Shown: piece after piece, positions 63,735 through 64,000 of the stretch | Position numbering within the stretch: the first letter of the stretch is position 1 | Layout: each line of letters opens with the position of its first letter | Source of the DNA: an uncultured Verrucomicrobiota bacterium | GTDB lineage: Bacteria; Verrucomicrobiota; Kiritimatiellia; JAAZAB01 | Direction: 5' to 3' | Length of the DNA stretch: 64,000 nucleotides | Assembly (NCBI GenBank): GCA_964650945.1 | Contig: CAZYXU010000003.1 | Span: forward strand, 1,754 to 65,753 | The notes under the pieces: model-generated | Database searches by the model: none | What the model saw: the letters and a program-made list of their open reading frames with translations, nothing else | Told to the model about the DNA's origin: nothing | Made by a program: the position numbers and the translations under genes

Positions 63735-64000
63735 ATGCCAACGACCATGCGGCGCATTGTTTTCCGACCGGGCTGGGCCGCCGGCCTGGCGGCGGCCGTC
63801 TGGCTTGCCGCCGGGGCGCTGGCGTCGCGGGCCGAGGATGTGGTGATCACCCGCCAGCAGACTTACCGCGGCACGGTCAAGTCGGTCACCAGCGACGGCA
63901 TCCAGTTCGAGCTGCCGGGGAAGGGCGTGATCACCATTCCCCGCGCGGCGGTGACCCAGATGCGGGTGGCCGAGCCGCCGGGCATCGCGCGCGGCATTGC
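63735..64000 (+). CDS. Secreted hypothetical protein, 5' part only. The window ends inside the gene
   Basis: ATG 63735, signal peptide MPTTMRRIVFRPGWAAGLAAAVWLAAGALASRA. Confidence 0.4.
   Translation, partial: MPTTMRRIVFRPGWAAGLAAAVWLAAGALASRAEDVVITRQQTYRGTVKSVTSDGIQFELPGKGVITIPRAAVTQMRVAEPPGIARGI

Overview
This is a high-GC (~65%) bacterial chromosomal segment with dense, mostly housekeeping gene content. The taxon cannot be assigned from sequence alone. The many lipoproteins, a Kelch/FG-GAP giant protein and a Ser/Thr kinase with an LRR domain are consistent with, but do not prove, a PVC-like Gram-negative organism.

Identifiable content:
- Two tandem phenylacetate-CoA-ligase (PaaK) paralogs flanking an ACT-domain gene.
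- sppA, a CpxP/Spy-like gene, two GNATs, and a PIG-L deacetylase coupled to cinA.
- A 1227-aa secreted Kelch–TIG–FG-GAP protein.
- tRNA-Asp and tRNA-Met.
- A Zn-ribbon::EIIA(Ntr) fusion next to trkA–trkH.
- trmJ-like, phosphatase, nadD and rsfS genes, followed by an ECF sigma / anti-sigma pair and an HExxH membrane protein.
- A 4-subunit 2-oxoacid:ferredoxin oxidoreductase (delta-alpha-beta-gamma).
- serC, an isopropylmalate/isocitrate-dehydrogenase-family gene, and asd.
- An envelope-glycosylation cluster: ArnT/PMT-like GT39, a methyltransferase::epimerase fusion, a GT4, and a DUF368 (PopT-type Und-P translocase).
- prmA, then a STAS::MlaE–MlaF–MlaD–PqiC-like operon.
- A sensor kinase with a periplasmic solute-binding domain, a BepA-like M48/TPR protease, a sigma54-dependent regulator, mntP and thrC.
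- A 1148-aa Ser/Thr kinase with a C-terminal LRR domain.
- AstE/AspA-family, purM, and a 1005-aa TPR protein.

No transposase, integrase, CRISPR array or recognisable defence system is present.

The most distinctive non-genic signal is a recurring intergenic repeat family. It is built from GTGTTC(A/G)G heptamers plus a GAATTCAGAAT-like module. One copy (8800–9111) has MITE-like architecture. Another is expanded into a ~310-bp heptamer microsatellite at 40850–41160.

A ~0.8-kb AT-rich island (59170–59970) carries a compositionally atypical four-helix-bundle-like gene.

Most start codons were re-derived from amino-acid offsets in the ORF track. Treat start coordinates as ±3 nt unless stated. The track appears to display non-ATG starts (GTG/TTG) as M.
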